Positions 1-9,329 of a stretch of DNA of 35,047 nt are shown piece after piece. The stretch spans positions 1-35,047 of IMG/VR virus record IMGVR_UViG_3300048848_000238. One strand, written 5' to 3'. The DNA is from a virus (Duplodnaviria; Caudoviricetes). The notes under the pieces are model-generated. The model was not told where the DNA came from. It did not search any database and saw nothing but the letters and a program-made list of their open reading frames with translations. A program made the translations under genes and the position numbers. The first letter of the stretch is position 1; the number at the start of each line of letters is the position of its first letter.

Positions 1-115
1 CATGATCCGGCTCGGGAACGGGGGGTAGGCCCAGCCGCTCCCTGCGCCATCGCGCTTTATCCCCATGCTCCCCGCCATACTCATTCAGCCAGCTCTGCGC
101 CGCGAGGACTTTCCC
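1..115 (-). CDS. Tail assembly chaperone GT extension (-1 frameshift product, truncated by window)
   Basis: Slippery GGGAAAG at 115..109; the -1 frame reads GKVLAAQSWLNEYGGEHGDKARWRRERLGLPPVPEPDH and stays open to the window edge. Confidence 0.8.
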
Positions 116-534
116 ACCGTCGCTTTCTTCTGCTCTTCTTTGCCCTGAGCGATATTTGATGCTTCAGACAGGATGATCCAGTACAGCTCTGGTTTTTGCC
201 TTAGCAGGGAAATGCCGCCCTCTGGCGTGTAATCAATGGCCTTTTCTTCGCCATCAATCATCTCACCAACGCCTTCCCAGCCTGACAACAGGAACCTTGC
301 GCATGTATCAATCAGAAGGTCGTCGATAGCATCAATATCACCTACTTTTGCCGGATCGAAGTCGGTGGTTCCGACCTTGTAAACCGCATCCAGCTTTTCA
401 ATGTGGCGACGCACAAGCGCATTGCGTGAACGGAACTGGTCATTGTCGATGCTTTTCACTTTCAGCTTGAGTCCTTTCAGTGGCTCAAACCAACGCTCGC
501 TGTTTACATCAATGCGAGGTGCAAGAATTAACAT
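85..534 (-). CDS. Tail assembly chaperone (gpG-like)
   Basis: Directly downstream of tail tube; ends in a VGK slippery site. Confidence 0.8.
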   Translation of the reverse strand: MLILAPRIDVNSERWFEPLKGLKLKVKSIDNDQFRSRNALVRRHIEKLDAVYKVGTTDFDPAKVGDIDAIDDLLIDTCARFLLSGWEGVGEMIDGEEKAIDYTPEGGISLLRQKPELYWIILSEASNIAQGKEEQKKATVGKSSRRRAG

Positions 535-546
535 GCTGTCTCCTGA

Positions 547-569
547 TAAATGCCCGCCGAAGCGGGCTT
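547..569 (-). terminator. Hairpin GCCCGC-TTCG-GCGGGC with short U tail
   Basis: Perfect stem with UUCG loop just after the tail tube stop. Confidence 0.55.
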
Positions 570-573
570 AATC

Positions 574-1746
574 TTATGCCGGATTAACGGTGATGGCTGT
601 GGAGCCGGTGAAGGTGCGCACTTTGGCTGTGATGCTTGCAGTGCCTTCTGCAACGCGAGTCACTTCAGCTGTGTTCTGGCCTGTAGATGCTACCGTTGCA
701 ATGCTCGGGTCTGACGACTCCCACGTCACATTGTCAGTCGCATTTGCCGGAGTCAGGTTGGCCGTTAAGGTAACGGTTGAACCAACGACACCAGTTGAGG
801 TTGCAGGTGTGACGGCCATTGCAGTAACAGGAATATTTACAGCGCGGGTGATCGTCGGCGGCGTGTCTGCGCCAGTGATATTCAGCTCAACCTGCACAAT
901 GTCCGTGTTGCCACCGTCAGGCCAGTCGCCATCAACCTGCACAGAAGGGAAATCGAATTTGTAGCTGCCTTCATCGTTAGCCAGCGTGAAGCTGAACGGC
1001 ATAGTTTCACCGCTGAGCGTTTTCTTCCAGGCGCTATAAGCCTCTTTCGACCATGACAGTGTGATACTGCCGGACGGAGTGAAGGTTGTCGGGATATTCG
1101 CGCCAGCAAACGCATTCCCGGTTCCGATACAACGCTGGGTTTGCAGGTTGTTATCGAACTGAATATTGAAGGAGTCAACGCAGAAGCCGTCACCGCCATC
1201 AACGCCGTTCAGGTTGATATTGGTAACCTGCTTGAACGAGTAACGCATCTCGCCAGCATTATCGACCGGGTTAGCGAAGTAACTTGTGTCGTCAGCCTTC
1301 GAATCCCATCCCAGTCCGGCAAATGTCACCGTAGCAGTGATATCGCCATCGTTCGGAATCTCAAGCTGGAAGGTTCCTACCTGAGCACCGCGGGCAATCG
1401 ATGACACGCCGATATCGGATGCGTAAGAGGCAACCGAGAAGGCGATGCGGTCATTACCCATCGTAAGCACGTTATCAACCCACTCCGCACCGAAGCATGA
1501 AGCAAGGAATTCGTCATGCTGTCCCCAGCGGAACTTTGTGGCTACATCGCCACCAACGTCGATCGTACCTGCCGATCGCCCCTGCGCCATGCGGGTGCCA
1601 CCGATTTCGTCGTTATCAATCATGTTCTGCGTAGGGCCAAGAGCGAAGCTACTGCGCTTTAGCAGATTCCAGTCGCCTGTGGTTGGCGTAACGCCAGGGG
1701 TGGTTTCACGGATGTATGCCGTGACATTCTTTGCGCCAGAGCTCAC
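574..1746 (-). CDS. Major tail tube protein with C-terminal Ig-like (Big_2) domain
   Basis: Position, 390 aa; C-terminus VTPATSTGVVGSTVTLTA...VTWESSDPSIATV is typical of Big_2. Confidence 0.88.
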   Translation of the reverse strand: MSSGAKNVTAYIRETTPGVTPTTGDWNLLKRSSFALGPTQNMIDNDEIGGTRMAQGRSAGTIDVGGDVATKFRWGQHDEFLASCFGAEWVDNVLTMGNDRIAFSVASYASDIGVSSIARGAQVGTFQLEIPNDGDITATVTFAGLGWDSKADDTSYFANPVDNAGEMRYSFKQVTNINLNGVDGGDGFCVDSFNIQFDNNLQTQRCIGTGNAFAGANIPTTFTPSGSITLSWSKEAYSAWKKTLSGETMPFSFTLANDEGSYKFDFPSVQVDGDWPDGGNTDIVQVELNITGADTPPTITRAVNIPVTAMAVTPATSTGVVGSTVTLTANLTPANATDNVTWESSDPSIATVASTGQNTAEVTRVAEGTASITAKVRTFTGSTAITVNPA

Positions 1747-1772
1747 ATGAGCCTCCTGATTAATGGAGCGCC

Positions 1773-2165
1773 CTACAGAGCGCGATATGGAATTTGGATA
1801 TTCATTTGTGACCAGCCATCGGTTTCGCCTGCATCGACCGCGCTCACTGCAAAGTAATCAAGGCGACCATCGGCTTTGAATTCGAATAACTCACGAAGCT
1901 GGTCGGCTGTTTTCGTGATAAGCAGAGAGCCGCTATTTGCAGGAACGAACAACTGAATGACAGCCATGCCAGTACGATGCACGACGGGGCCGCTGCCAAT
2001 CTCGTTTGAGCCAGCCATGCCGGGAAGGTTGGTTAATCTCGCCCAAATGGATTTGCCTGCTGGGTCATACGTCTTGTCGTTCGGATAACGCACATCGCCA
2101 GCGGCAATAGCAGTCTGAGCCGTCATCCGGGTGATGATGGCTGCGCGTATTTCTGTAAGGGTCAT
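1773..2165 (-). CDS. Tail terminator-like protein
   Basis: 130 aa immediately upstream of tail tube; HRTG..IQLFVP pattern. Confidence 0.7.
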   Translation of the reverse strand: MTLTEIRAAIITRMTAQTAIAAGDVRYPNDKTYDPAGKSIWARLTNLPGMAGSNEIGSGPVVHRTGMAVIQLFVPANSGSLLITKTADQLRELFEFKADGRLDYFAVSAVDAGETDGWSQMNIQIPYRAL

Positions 2166-2542
2166 TTGTATGCCTGCGTCACACCATGAAATGAAACGCC
2201 GTAGACACCTGCCGGGGCTTGCTGCGAATGCCCGTTTTCGAGTGCTTCCGCGTAAGGTAGGTTGTTCTGGATGTAAATGACTGAGTAAGGTCTGCCATTA
2301 GCGATTACTGCACTGCCGCGCTGAATAGCAGTTGCGCCAGATTTATCATCGCCCTGCTGTTCACTGTAATCTGCTGAGCCAAGACTAACGATGTTGTTAT
2401 TTCGGAAGCGCCCGGTATCTACTGGCGACCTTTGCACAATCTCCGTCAGTAATGCCATAGAGATGATGCGCAATTTCTTGCCTACTTCTTCCTCAACCAA
2501 GCCTGCAAAAAGCGTCGGGTCGTTATCCCATCCTTTAGCCAT
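2162..2542 (-). CDS. HK97 gp10-like neck/tail completion protein
   Basis: SPVDTG and NNLPYA..LE.G motifs. Confidence 0.8.
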   Translation of the reverse strand: MAKGWDNDPTLFAGLVEEEVGKKLRIISMALLTEIVQRSPVDTGRFRNNNIVSLGSADYSEQQGDDKSGATAIQRGSAVIANGRPYSVIYIQNNLPYAEALENGHSQQAPAGVYGVSFHGVTQAYK

Positions 2543-2925
2543 TACGCCCTCCGCAACTGGATTCGGTAAGTAGCTGCTGCAGGATCGGGATTGATAGTTA
2601 CAATCCGGTAATTCTGCGGCAGGCCGGTGATCAAGTCAGGCGCGGTGATGGTATGACTTTCTGCAGGGGTGTCGGACACTTCGTTAGCCAGCGCGGTGAG
2701 GCGCTGATCGCCATGAAGGATGTTTACTCCGTCGATTCGGCTTAGCTCATAACGTGAAATGACGCCTCGACCAGAATAGTTTGCTGTCGTCTCGCCGCCA
2801 GTTTCCGTAACAGGGTCCCATCCAGCCTGAATCACATAGCTACCTGTGAAGTCATGCACTGCATCTGCCAGGTCGGTATCAAATGCCTCTGCAATCTCGG
2901 TCTGTAACTCGTCGCGAATACCCAT
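2542..2925 (-). CDS. Head closure / head-tail joining protein
   Basis: Synteny; likely start MGIRDEL at 2925, coupled to the upstream stop. Confidence 0.65.
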   Translation of the reverse strand: MGIRDELQTEIAEAFDTDLADAVHDFTGSYVIQAGWDPVTETGGETTANYSGRGVISRYELSRIDGVNILHGDQRLTALANEVSDTPAESHTITAPDLITGLPQNYRIVTINPDPAAATYRIQLRRA

Positions 2926-3323
2926 CAGCGATACACCCTGAAAGCCATTGGATTGCTGCGCCACGGCTTAAGAAGCGCCAACGCCAGTTGCACATCTTCC
3001 GGTAACGTTGTATTGCCCTGTGACTCCGATGATGCGTAGCTTTTCGTAACGCGAACGCCATCAGCATCTACAGTTTTACTGGTTAACGACCCTGATTCAG
3101 TTTTCTGCTTATACAGCACCCCTGCCGCCGCAGCTGATGCCAGGTAAGCGCCAGCCTGCTTTACATCATCTGGCACAGGATTTTCAGGAACGTTTTGCAG
3201 ATTAAGTGCCGTCATATAGGCATTAGCCTGCAATACCGCTTTGGCTTTTACCAAATCATCAGCCCATGACGTACCGAGAATTGAATCAACGTCAGCAACG
3301 GTAATGTAAGTGGTCATCATCAC
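2925..3323 (-). CDS. Head-tail adaptor protein
   Basis: YITVADVD N-terminus and LLKPW C-terminus typical of SPP1 gp15-like adaptors; synteny. Confidence 0.7.
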   Translation of the reverse strand: MMMTTYITVADVDSILGTSWADDLVKAKAVLQANAYMTALNLQNVPENPVPDDVKQAGAYLASAAAAGVLYKQKTESGSLTSKTVDADGVRVTKSYASSESQGNTTLPEDVQLALALLKPWRSNPMAFRVYR

Positions 3324-3328
3324 CTCGA

Positions 3329-3349
3329 TAAAAGGGGCCGAAGCCCCTC
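3329..3349 (-). terminator. Rho-independent terminator
   Basis: AGGGGC-TTCG-GCCCCT followed by TTT. Confidence 0.75.
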
Positions 3350-3352
3350 TGT

Positions 3353-3766
3353 TTACTCTGCTGCCTGCTGATTGGTTTCAGCATCGGTATCGGTGCTGCC
3401 ATCAGCAGCTGCTGCTTCGGTAGGCCCGTTAGCTGCCTTCAGTGCTGCTACCAGATCGGCTTTAGTGTCAGTCGATTTGTAGGCAACACCTTTTGCGTCG
3501 AGCTGCTCTTTAAGTTGAGCAACGGTTAGGCCGTCGATATTGGCCGAGTCAGACGTGGTGTCAGCGCCGCTGACTTGGCCGCTGTCTACTGAGATGCCGC
3601 CGCCAGTGTTATGAGCACCGCTGTCGTCAGGAACGACTCGCGCATGGTCAACGCCACCGGTTTCGCCTACGGTCTGAGGCCCAACAGTGATGTTGCCTTC
3701 AGAGCCAGCGAATCCCCAGCGAGCCTTGTCGTTTGGATCGATGTAATTATCTTTTGCTAAGGTCAT
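3353..3766 (-). CDS. Head-region protein with HeH/LEM-like helical motif
   Basis: LTVAQLKEQLDAKGVAYKSTDTKADLVAAL with low-complexity acidic flanks. Confidence 0.6.
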   Translation of the reverse strand: MTLAKDNYIDPNDKARWGFAGSEGNITVGPQTVGETGGVDHARVVPDDSGAHNTGGGISVDSGQVSGADTTSDSANIDGLTVAQLKEQLDAKGVAYKSTDTKADLVAALKAANGPTEAAAADGSTDTDAETNQQAAE

Positions 3767-3778
3767 GATTTATTCCTC

Positions 3779-4768
3779 TCAGTTGCCTAATACGAGCATG
3801 CTGAATGATGTGTTAGCGGGTGCGTTACCGAATGGGCTTCCGTTAAGCAGAAGTGTTCCTACCGACTGCATAACCGTAACGTTGCAGCCTGTTGTAGTTA
3901 TATCTGAGGCGACCCCAATAACCATTTGCTGGCCTACCCATGTTGGCGATGGCTGAACCACTGGGGGTGTGGAGTAGGTTTTGCTAAAGGTGATCGCTAC
4001 TTTGGCTCCAGCTGTGACAACCTTGCCCGTAATGATGGTTGGTTGAGCACCTGCTGATCCCGTCGGGCCTTGGGCGCCAGTGTCGCCCTTAGCTCCCGCT
4101 GGTCCAGATGCTCCGGTTTCGCCTTTTGGTCCGACAGGTCCGACAGGTCCTGCATCACCCCTAGCGCCCTGCGGACCAACTTGTCCGACATCTCCCTTCG
4201 GGCCGGTAGCGCCAGTTTCTCCGGCAACCCCTTTATCGCCTTTCGGCCCCGCTGGTCCGGCTGGCCCTTGCGGACCCAATAGGCCGGTGTCGCCTTTCAT
4301 TCCCTGTGGACCCTGCTCTCCGGTATCGCCTTTTTCGCCATTTGGTCCTGATGGGCCTATCGCACCAGGCTGACCGGTGATGCCTTGAGGCCCGGGTAAA
4401 CCCTGCGGACCGGCGGGGCCGGGACTACCCATTGGCCCTGCCATACCTTGATTACCTTGGTCACCTTTATCACCCTTCTCGCCTTTTCCACCTTGTGGCC
4501 CTGTATCCCCCTTGTCACCTTTGGGTCCTTGTGGCCCTTGCGGGCCAGTTGCCGCCTGTGATGGCAGGTCGGCAAGATCCATGATGTTTTTCCAAGCAGA
4601 TTCATCCGTCCAGCGCCATTCAAGGTTCTGATCGGTATCAACGCGGAATTCAAGGGTTCTCGCATCCTGTTGCTGCAGCATACTCAACAGGTCGCGATAG
4701 ATATTGCCTAGGCTGTAGCGATAGGGTACGCGCCCGCCACTAACAAACTGCGTAGGTTCTTTTGCCAT
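3779..4768 (-). CDS. Collagen-like protein (putative head fibre) with C-terminal H-type-lectin-like domain
   Basis: 56 uninterrupted Gly-X-Y triplets (aa 75-242); ITFSKTYSTPPVV C-domain motif; GGAGG RBS. Confidence 0.85.
   Translation of the reverse strand: MAKEPTQFVSGGRVPYRYSLGNIYRDLLSMLQQQDARTLEFRVDTDQNLEWRWTDESAWKNIMDLADLPSQAATGPQGPQGPKGDKGDTGPQGGKGEKGDKGDQGNQGMAGPMGSPGPAGPQGLPGPQGITGQPGAIGPSGPNGEKGDTGEQGPQGMKGDTGLLGPQGPAGPAGPKGDKGVAGETGATGPKGDVGQVGPQGARGDAGPVGPVGPKGETGASGPAGAKGDTGAQGPTGSAGAQPTIITGKVVTAGAKVAITFSKTYSTPPVVQPSPTWVGQQMVIGVASDITTTGCNVTVMQSVGTLLLNGSPFGNAPANTSFSMLVLGN
4043..4546 (-). repeat. Collagen (Gly-X-Y)56 coding repeat
   Basis: Counted directly from the translation, GPQ through GAQ. 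Confidence 0.95.
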
Positions 4769-4798
4769 ATATCCTCCCCCGGCTTATGCCGCTTTGGA

Positions 4799-5830
4799 TT
4801 AGGCAGAAACTGTCGAGGTCACAAACGCCAATGGCACCTGCTTACGATCGAACTTACGCTCCCAGTTGGTTGCCAGCGCCAAGTCTGCCCAGTTAGCAGA
4901 TACAGGGCGGGTAGTGCCCGGTGTGCCGGTGATGGTGGTGCTCAGGAAAGAATAACCCAGCGGATGCAGAACGAAGTTGCGGCGAGTCCAGAGCGTTTCA
5001 GCGCCGCCACCATTACCTCGTGCGGGCTCACGATCATATTCCATATCATCTTCGTCCTGCTCTTCGGCATAACCGATAGCGCCCGGGCCAAAGATAACGG
5101 AGAGATATTTCGCATCAGCATCCGCACCAATAACTGGCATGTTGTCATCCAGCACAACCAGCATCCCCTGATAACGCCCAAACTCAGGAACCTGATCCGC
5201 AATCGGCGTGAAGTCGATTAGGTTCAGAATCTGCAATTCGGTATACACAGCAGTATGCATTGCGATGGTGCTCAGAGCTTTGGTGCCTGACGGAGTGATG
5301 ATCTGCGGCGTGTAATCACCCATGGTCGCTTTGGCGCGGATAATCGCTGCTGCGCTAATTGGGCCACCTGCATCAACAACCATATCGCCTGCATTGCCTG
5401 CAACGTTGTCGTTGTAAAGGCCAACTACGGTAGCAATGGTTCGACGCTGGGCTACGCGCTGCCAGTAACTGGTCAGGCGGCTTGCCACGAACTCCAGCGG
5501 ATCCTGTTTGGTGATGTTTTTCACCAGGCTCATCGCATTCCAGCCTTCATTCAGGTATGCGGCGCGAGCCTGCATGCTGGCAGAAGTGACTGACAAAGGC
5601 ACAGCGATGTCTGTGTACACGTCATTCGAGTAGTTACTCTCGATAGATGCATCTAGGTCTACCCACCAAGGAATGGTGAAGGTATTTGATGGGCTGGCAA
5701 GCAGCGTAGACATATCGGTGTTATTAACCAAGATGCCCGACTGGAAGAAGGCTGTTTTCTCTGCGGTATTGACCTGCATGTAGTCACGAAGTTCATCGCG
5801 GAATACTACGTCTGAAAGAATGGTAGGCAT
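4799..5830 (-). CDS. Major capsid protein
   Basis: 343 aa after scaffold; FFQSGI, IPWW.DL, LHPLG and LA.ATNWER motifs. Confidence 0.9.
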   Translation of the reverse strand: MPTILSDVVFRDELRDYMQVNTAEKTAFFQSGILVNNTDMSTLLASPSNTFTIPWWVDLDASIESNYSNDVYTDIAVPLSVTSASMQARAAYLNEGWNAMSLVKNITKQDPLEFVASRLTSYWQRVAQRRTIATVVGLYNDNVAGNAGDMVVDAGGPISAAAIIRAKATMGDYTPQIITPSGTKALSTIAMHTAVYTELQILNLIDFTPIADQVPEFGRYQGMLVVLDDNMPVIGADADAKYLSVIFGPGAIGYAEEQDEDDMEYDREPARGNGGGAETLWTRRNFVLHPLGYSFLSTTITGTPGTTRPVSANWADLALATNWERKFDRKQVPLAFVTSTVSA

Positions 5831-5843
5831 TGCTTATTTCCTT

Positions 5844-6542
5844 TTACGTTGCCTCATGCGCCGCTTTAAGTCGGGCATGTTCGGCGGGGTTAGTTCGGCG
5901 AAGCTCAACTCGCTCCATACCGGATAATTGCTCCCATGTTTTGGTAACCCGGTCACCACTCTTAGGTGCGGCCCCGCCGCCACCTGCCTGACTACCGCGC
6001 ACGAGGGATGCGTAACGCGGAGAGGTTTCAAACTCTTTCTGGAGATCAGCTAACGCGCTAACAGTGAGATTCCCTGAATCGTCAGTTACGCGCACTTGGC
6101 CTTCTGCCACTTTCAGCCGCTTGGCGATGAACTCTTTGAGGATATCGGCGTTGTCACCGTCTGCGATCGCTGTAGCAATTCGCGTAGCCGCCAGATTGAT
6201 GTCGCGCTGCTCAATGCTGCGCTGCAGATCAACGCGGCCCTGACGCTCACGCTCAAGCTCTGCCTGAGAGCTTTCAAAAAGCTGCTGATAGTTACCTTCA
6301 GCACGGGCACGCTCATCGGCTTCGATGCGCGCCTGTTCTTCTGCCTGGCGGCGGCGCTCCTGCTCAGCCTTTTTCTCGGCCAGCAATTCATCGCGCTGAC
6401 GCTTCAGGCCGCTGACGTCTTCCGGCTGAGGTAAGCCATCGATCTGACAGATATAGACCTCACCCTGCAGCGCATACAGAGCCTGCTTGGCTTCATCAAG
6501 CTGAGCGTATTCCTCAGCGGTAAGCTGATACTTAAGTGGCAT
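5844..6542 (-). CDS. Capsid scaffolding protein
   Basis: Coiled-coil, E/R-rich, GGG linker, upstream of capsid; likely start MPLKYQ after AGGAG. Confidence 0.8.
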   Translation of the reverse strand: MPLKYQLTAEEYAQLDEAKQALYALQGEVYICQIDGLPQPEDVSGLKRQRDELLAEKKAEQERRRQAEEQARIEADERARAEGNYQQLFESSQAELERERQGRVDLQRSIEQRDINLAATRIATAIADGDNADILKEFIAKRLKVAEGQVRVTDDSGNLTVSALADLQKEFETSPRYASLVRGSQAGGGGAAPKSGDRVTKTWEQLSGMERVELRRTNPAEHARLKAAHEAT

Positions 6543-6593
6543 ACATTCTCCTGAATGGATGTGTGCTGGCCCAGCCAGCATTAGATGTGAGGC

Positions 6594-6806
6594 TTATTGC
6601 TCTAAGGCAACGCGCTCTTTGAGGATGTTGTTGTAAAGAGACATTGCATCATACTGCTGGCGCATGAGCCGCTGACGCTCTTTACTTAGCTGCTTAAAAA
6701 CCGGGTTCGTCAAAATGAATGTTTCAAGTTTTCCGACTTTATCGCTCAGCTCGCTTTGCTCATCTAGCATGCGCTGGACATGAGCATCTACGGATTTGTC
6801 AGTCAT
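6594..6806 (-). CDS. Small helical-hairpin protein (crAss001_48-like)
   Basis: Pattern EQ.EL..K..KL..FI...F..L...LM..Q...M..Y..IL.ER, recognised from memory. Confidence 0.6.
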   Translation of the reverse strand: MTDKSVDAHVQRMLDEQSELSDKVGKLETFILTNPVFKQLSKERQRLMRQQYDAMSLYNNILKERVALEQ

Positions 6807-6825
6807 GAGTTTTCCTTAGATGTGA

Positions 6826-7872
6826 TTATTCAAGGCCAGCAAGCTCGAAGGCATGCGGCTCTAAATCTTTGAGTTGGTCGAGGGTGTACTGCTTGCCGTT
6901 CTCATCAACGAATTTGTCGATGCTCAGGTCGCCTTTACTGAACAGCTTGTATCTCGATGGCCCGAGCACCTCTTTCTGGAAGGATGCTGGTTGCCGCGCC
7001 AGCCATTCGCCGTACGTCGTTTTACTGCTGACCTGTTCAGCGCCATCAGGTCCGACCGCTGGCCGTGTCGAGCCTGGAATCTCCCGACGATACTCAGCCT
7101 TCAGCACCGGAACCTCTGACGTTCGGCACCCCCAGTGAAACGGCGGTGATATGGCATCAAGCGGGACAACCTTGCCATCCAGTGACCGGCACAAAGGCGT
7201 CGTCCGTCCATCCAGAGTGGCGACACGCTTCTTGCCCTCAAGGATGTCGTCGTTAGATTTCATCGTTTCGGAACGGGCGGAAGCAGCAACGTGATTGGTC
7301 ATCGTTCTGACCAGCGAGCCGACCTGCTCCTCATGCGAAACGCCCAGAGAGGTCAGGCGCCGGACAATCTGCTTTTGTGTCTCGCCTAGCGATGACCCTA
7401 TAGCGATTTCACTGAGGATATCTGCCGTCTTTTTGCTGCCGAACTGTGCCAACGCACCTGTGATGTCAATAACCTGCCTGCCCTTGCCAACAGCAAGCTC
7501 AAGCGGGTTAGCAAGTACAGATGCGGCAATCATCTCTGCCGATGGCTCAGAGAGCCGTACAGAGGCTTTGACGATTTGCCCGAGCAGTTTGCTGTTAAAG
7601 GTGAATTCGTATTGCGCGAATTCGCCCAGGTCTAGCTTCTGCTGCTCACTCATCTGACCGTATATTGCGTTCAGGTCACTCCTGAGCGTTTCAATCTGCC
7701 GGTTATAGCGAGCAGTCGCGTACTGGCTCAGGCCTTCGTTAACAGCTTCCTTGGCGCGCTTAATGGCCTTGCGAACAAACTTTGCCGCCTTGCCTGTCAG
7801 CCCGCCGCCGAATCGCTGGACATAAACCTGATGGCGCGTGGCGGCGTCTGTCGTGTAACCGTCTGCGCTCAT
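6826..7872 (-). CDS. Minor head morphogenesis protein (Mu gpF/SPP1 gp7 family)
   Basis: ATLDGRTT..CR.LDG and PPFHWGCR motifs. Confidence 0.9.
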   Translation of the reverse strand: MSADGYTTDAATRHQVYVQRFGGGLTGKAAKFVRKAIKRAKEAVNEGLSQYATARYNRQIETLRSDLNAIYGQMSEQQKLDLGEFAQYEFTFNSKLLGQIVKASVRLSEPSAEMIAASVLANPLELAVGKGRQVIDITGALAQFGSKKTADILSEIAIGSSLGETQKQIVRRLTSLGVSHEEQVGSLVRTMTNHVAASARSETMKSNDDILEGKKRVATLDGRTTPLCRSLDGKVVPLDAISPPFHWGCRTSEVPVLKAEYRREIPGSTRPAVGPDGAEQVSSKTTYGEWLARQPASFQKEVLGPSRYKLFSKGDLSIDKFVDENGKQYTLDQLKDLEPHAFELAGLE

Positions 7873-7874
7873 AG

Positions 7875-9323
7875 CTATTCATCCTCAACTTCGACGGCAT
7901 TACCTTCAATCGCAGGCTCTTCAGCGCGTTCCGCGTCGATATCATCATCATTACGATCAGCTTCAAGCCAGCCGGTCTGGCGGAACTTGGTGCGCACGTC
8001 GCTCTTGGCGATGATGCCCTGCTGCCAGCTCTGGATAAGCGCCAGTACATCCTGCGAGGTAAGTGAAGCGTCGAAGAATTCCTGATTTAGCCAGAACACA
8101 GTTTTAGCCATGTCAGCCTGCCCGCTCATATACAACTGAGCATCCAGAATGGCTCGTTTAAGCGCCTCACTAACATTGCCAGCAATCGTACCCAACACGC
8201 TGTTATCGCTGCTGTAGCGGATGCGGGCTGCTTCGGCTGTCTCGTTCTGGCCTGACTGCTGCACGATGCGCGCACCAATCATCAGCATCTGGTTCTCTTT
8301 ATCCTGCATCAACGTACGGGCAAGCTGGCCTTCTGCGGCCTGAACCATAGTTGCTGATCCAGATTTGCCAAGCGAGTATCCGCGCTTCGAACCAATCTGG
8401 ATGCCATTCGGGTTCCATTGCTGAAACTCTTCCTGACCAATGTCAGTCGTGAAGAAGACGGTTGGCTGACTACTGATAAACCCTGATTCCTCCACTGTGG
8501 CGCTGTTGCCGTAGTGAAGGATATTGACCTCCGCCAAATCTTCGAGCGGAGCCTTATCAATCCGGGCATCGTTGCTTTCTGCGCCAAAGAAATAAAACGG
8601 GATGTGGTCGAACGTCTTGTTCAGGTGGTCAGTCGGCAGCACATCAATCTGAGGATATTCGTACAAATCGCCTTCACGCCAGACGCGGTGACGATACGCG
8701 CCGTTTTCCAGCGTCAAAGCACGGTACTGTCGCTTCAGGTTGAAGTTAAATTCGTCGCCCGTTTCGTCGTCGTTGTAGCACTCAGACAGAACGACCATCG
8801 TCAGCTTGCGGACGCCATTAATCACATCCTCACGCCAGTTGATGATGCTCATGGCTTCATAGAGATGAATGTGGGCGAACCGGCCCGCCGTTTGCGCCTT
8901 AGTTGGCCTGACGTCGCCCGGCGTATCTTTCGTCGGGTAGTCCACGAAGAAGCCGCCGCGACCTGTGTCCAGGTCTTCACCTACAGCCTCTTTGGAAAGC
9001 TGTTCCAGGCTTGTGCCATCGCCGCTGGCATTCTCGATGAGGTATTCCACCACAGAAGGCAAATCAACCTCTGCCGTTTTGCGGAACACTGCCCCAATCA
9101 GACCCTGTCGCGTGCGGCCAGTGATGTTAAGGAACAGCGCCCGAAGTTTTAACGCTTCATAGTCCGCCAGGTTCTCTTCGCTCTTATTCGTCGGGTCAGG
9201 CATCGGCAGATAGAGAATGCCCTTATCCTTCACCGCCCTGCTGCCGGCCACGCAGTCTTTAACAAGCTGCCATGACTGAACGGCGTCGTTGTATTCCCGT
9301 CGTTTGTTCTCGTAATTAGCCAT
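7875..9323 (-). CDS. Portal protein (DUF4055-type)
   Basis: 482 aa after TerL; YLP, HIPF, PLEDLA..N..HY and ETAEAA motifs. Confidence 0.88.
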   Translation of the reverse strand: MANYENKRREYNDAVQSWQLVKDCVAGSRAVKDKGILYLPMPDPTNKSEENLADYEALKLRALFLNITGRTRQGLIGAVFRKTAEVDLPSVVEYLIENASGDGTSLEQLSKEAVGEDLDTGRGGFFVDYPTKDTPGDVRPTKAQTAGRFAHIHLYEAMSIINWREDVINGVRKLTMVVLSECYNDDETGDEFNFNLKRQYRALTLENGAYRHRVWREGDLYEYPQIDVLPTDHLNKTFDHIPFYFFGAESNDARIDKAPLEDLAEVNILHYGNSATVEESGFISSQPTVFFTTDIGQEEFQQWNPNGIQIGSKRGYSLGKSGSATMVQAAEGQLARTLMQDKENQMLMIGARIVQQSGQNETAEAARIRYSSDNSVLGTIAGNVSEALKRAILDAQLYMSGQADMAKTVFWLNQEFFDASLTSQDVLALIQSWQQGIIAKSDVRTKFRQTGWLEADRNDDDIDAERAEEPAIEGNAVEVEDE

Positions 9324-9329
9324 ATTCGC

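Noticed and set aside
3997-4665. Alternative-frame and antisense ORFs over the collagen repeat
   Set aside because: By-products of the Gly-X-Y codon periodicity
4768-4801. Capsid and collagen genes are in the same frame, suggesting a readthrough fusion
   Set aside because: A second in-frame TAA (4786-4784) lies in the 30-nt spacer, the collagen gene has its own GGAGG RBS, and no slippery site is evident
8514-9152. 212-aa antisense ORF in the portal gene
   Set aside because: Shadow ORF with no motifs or RBS
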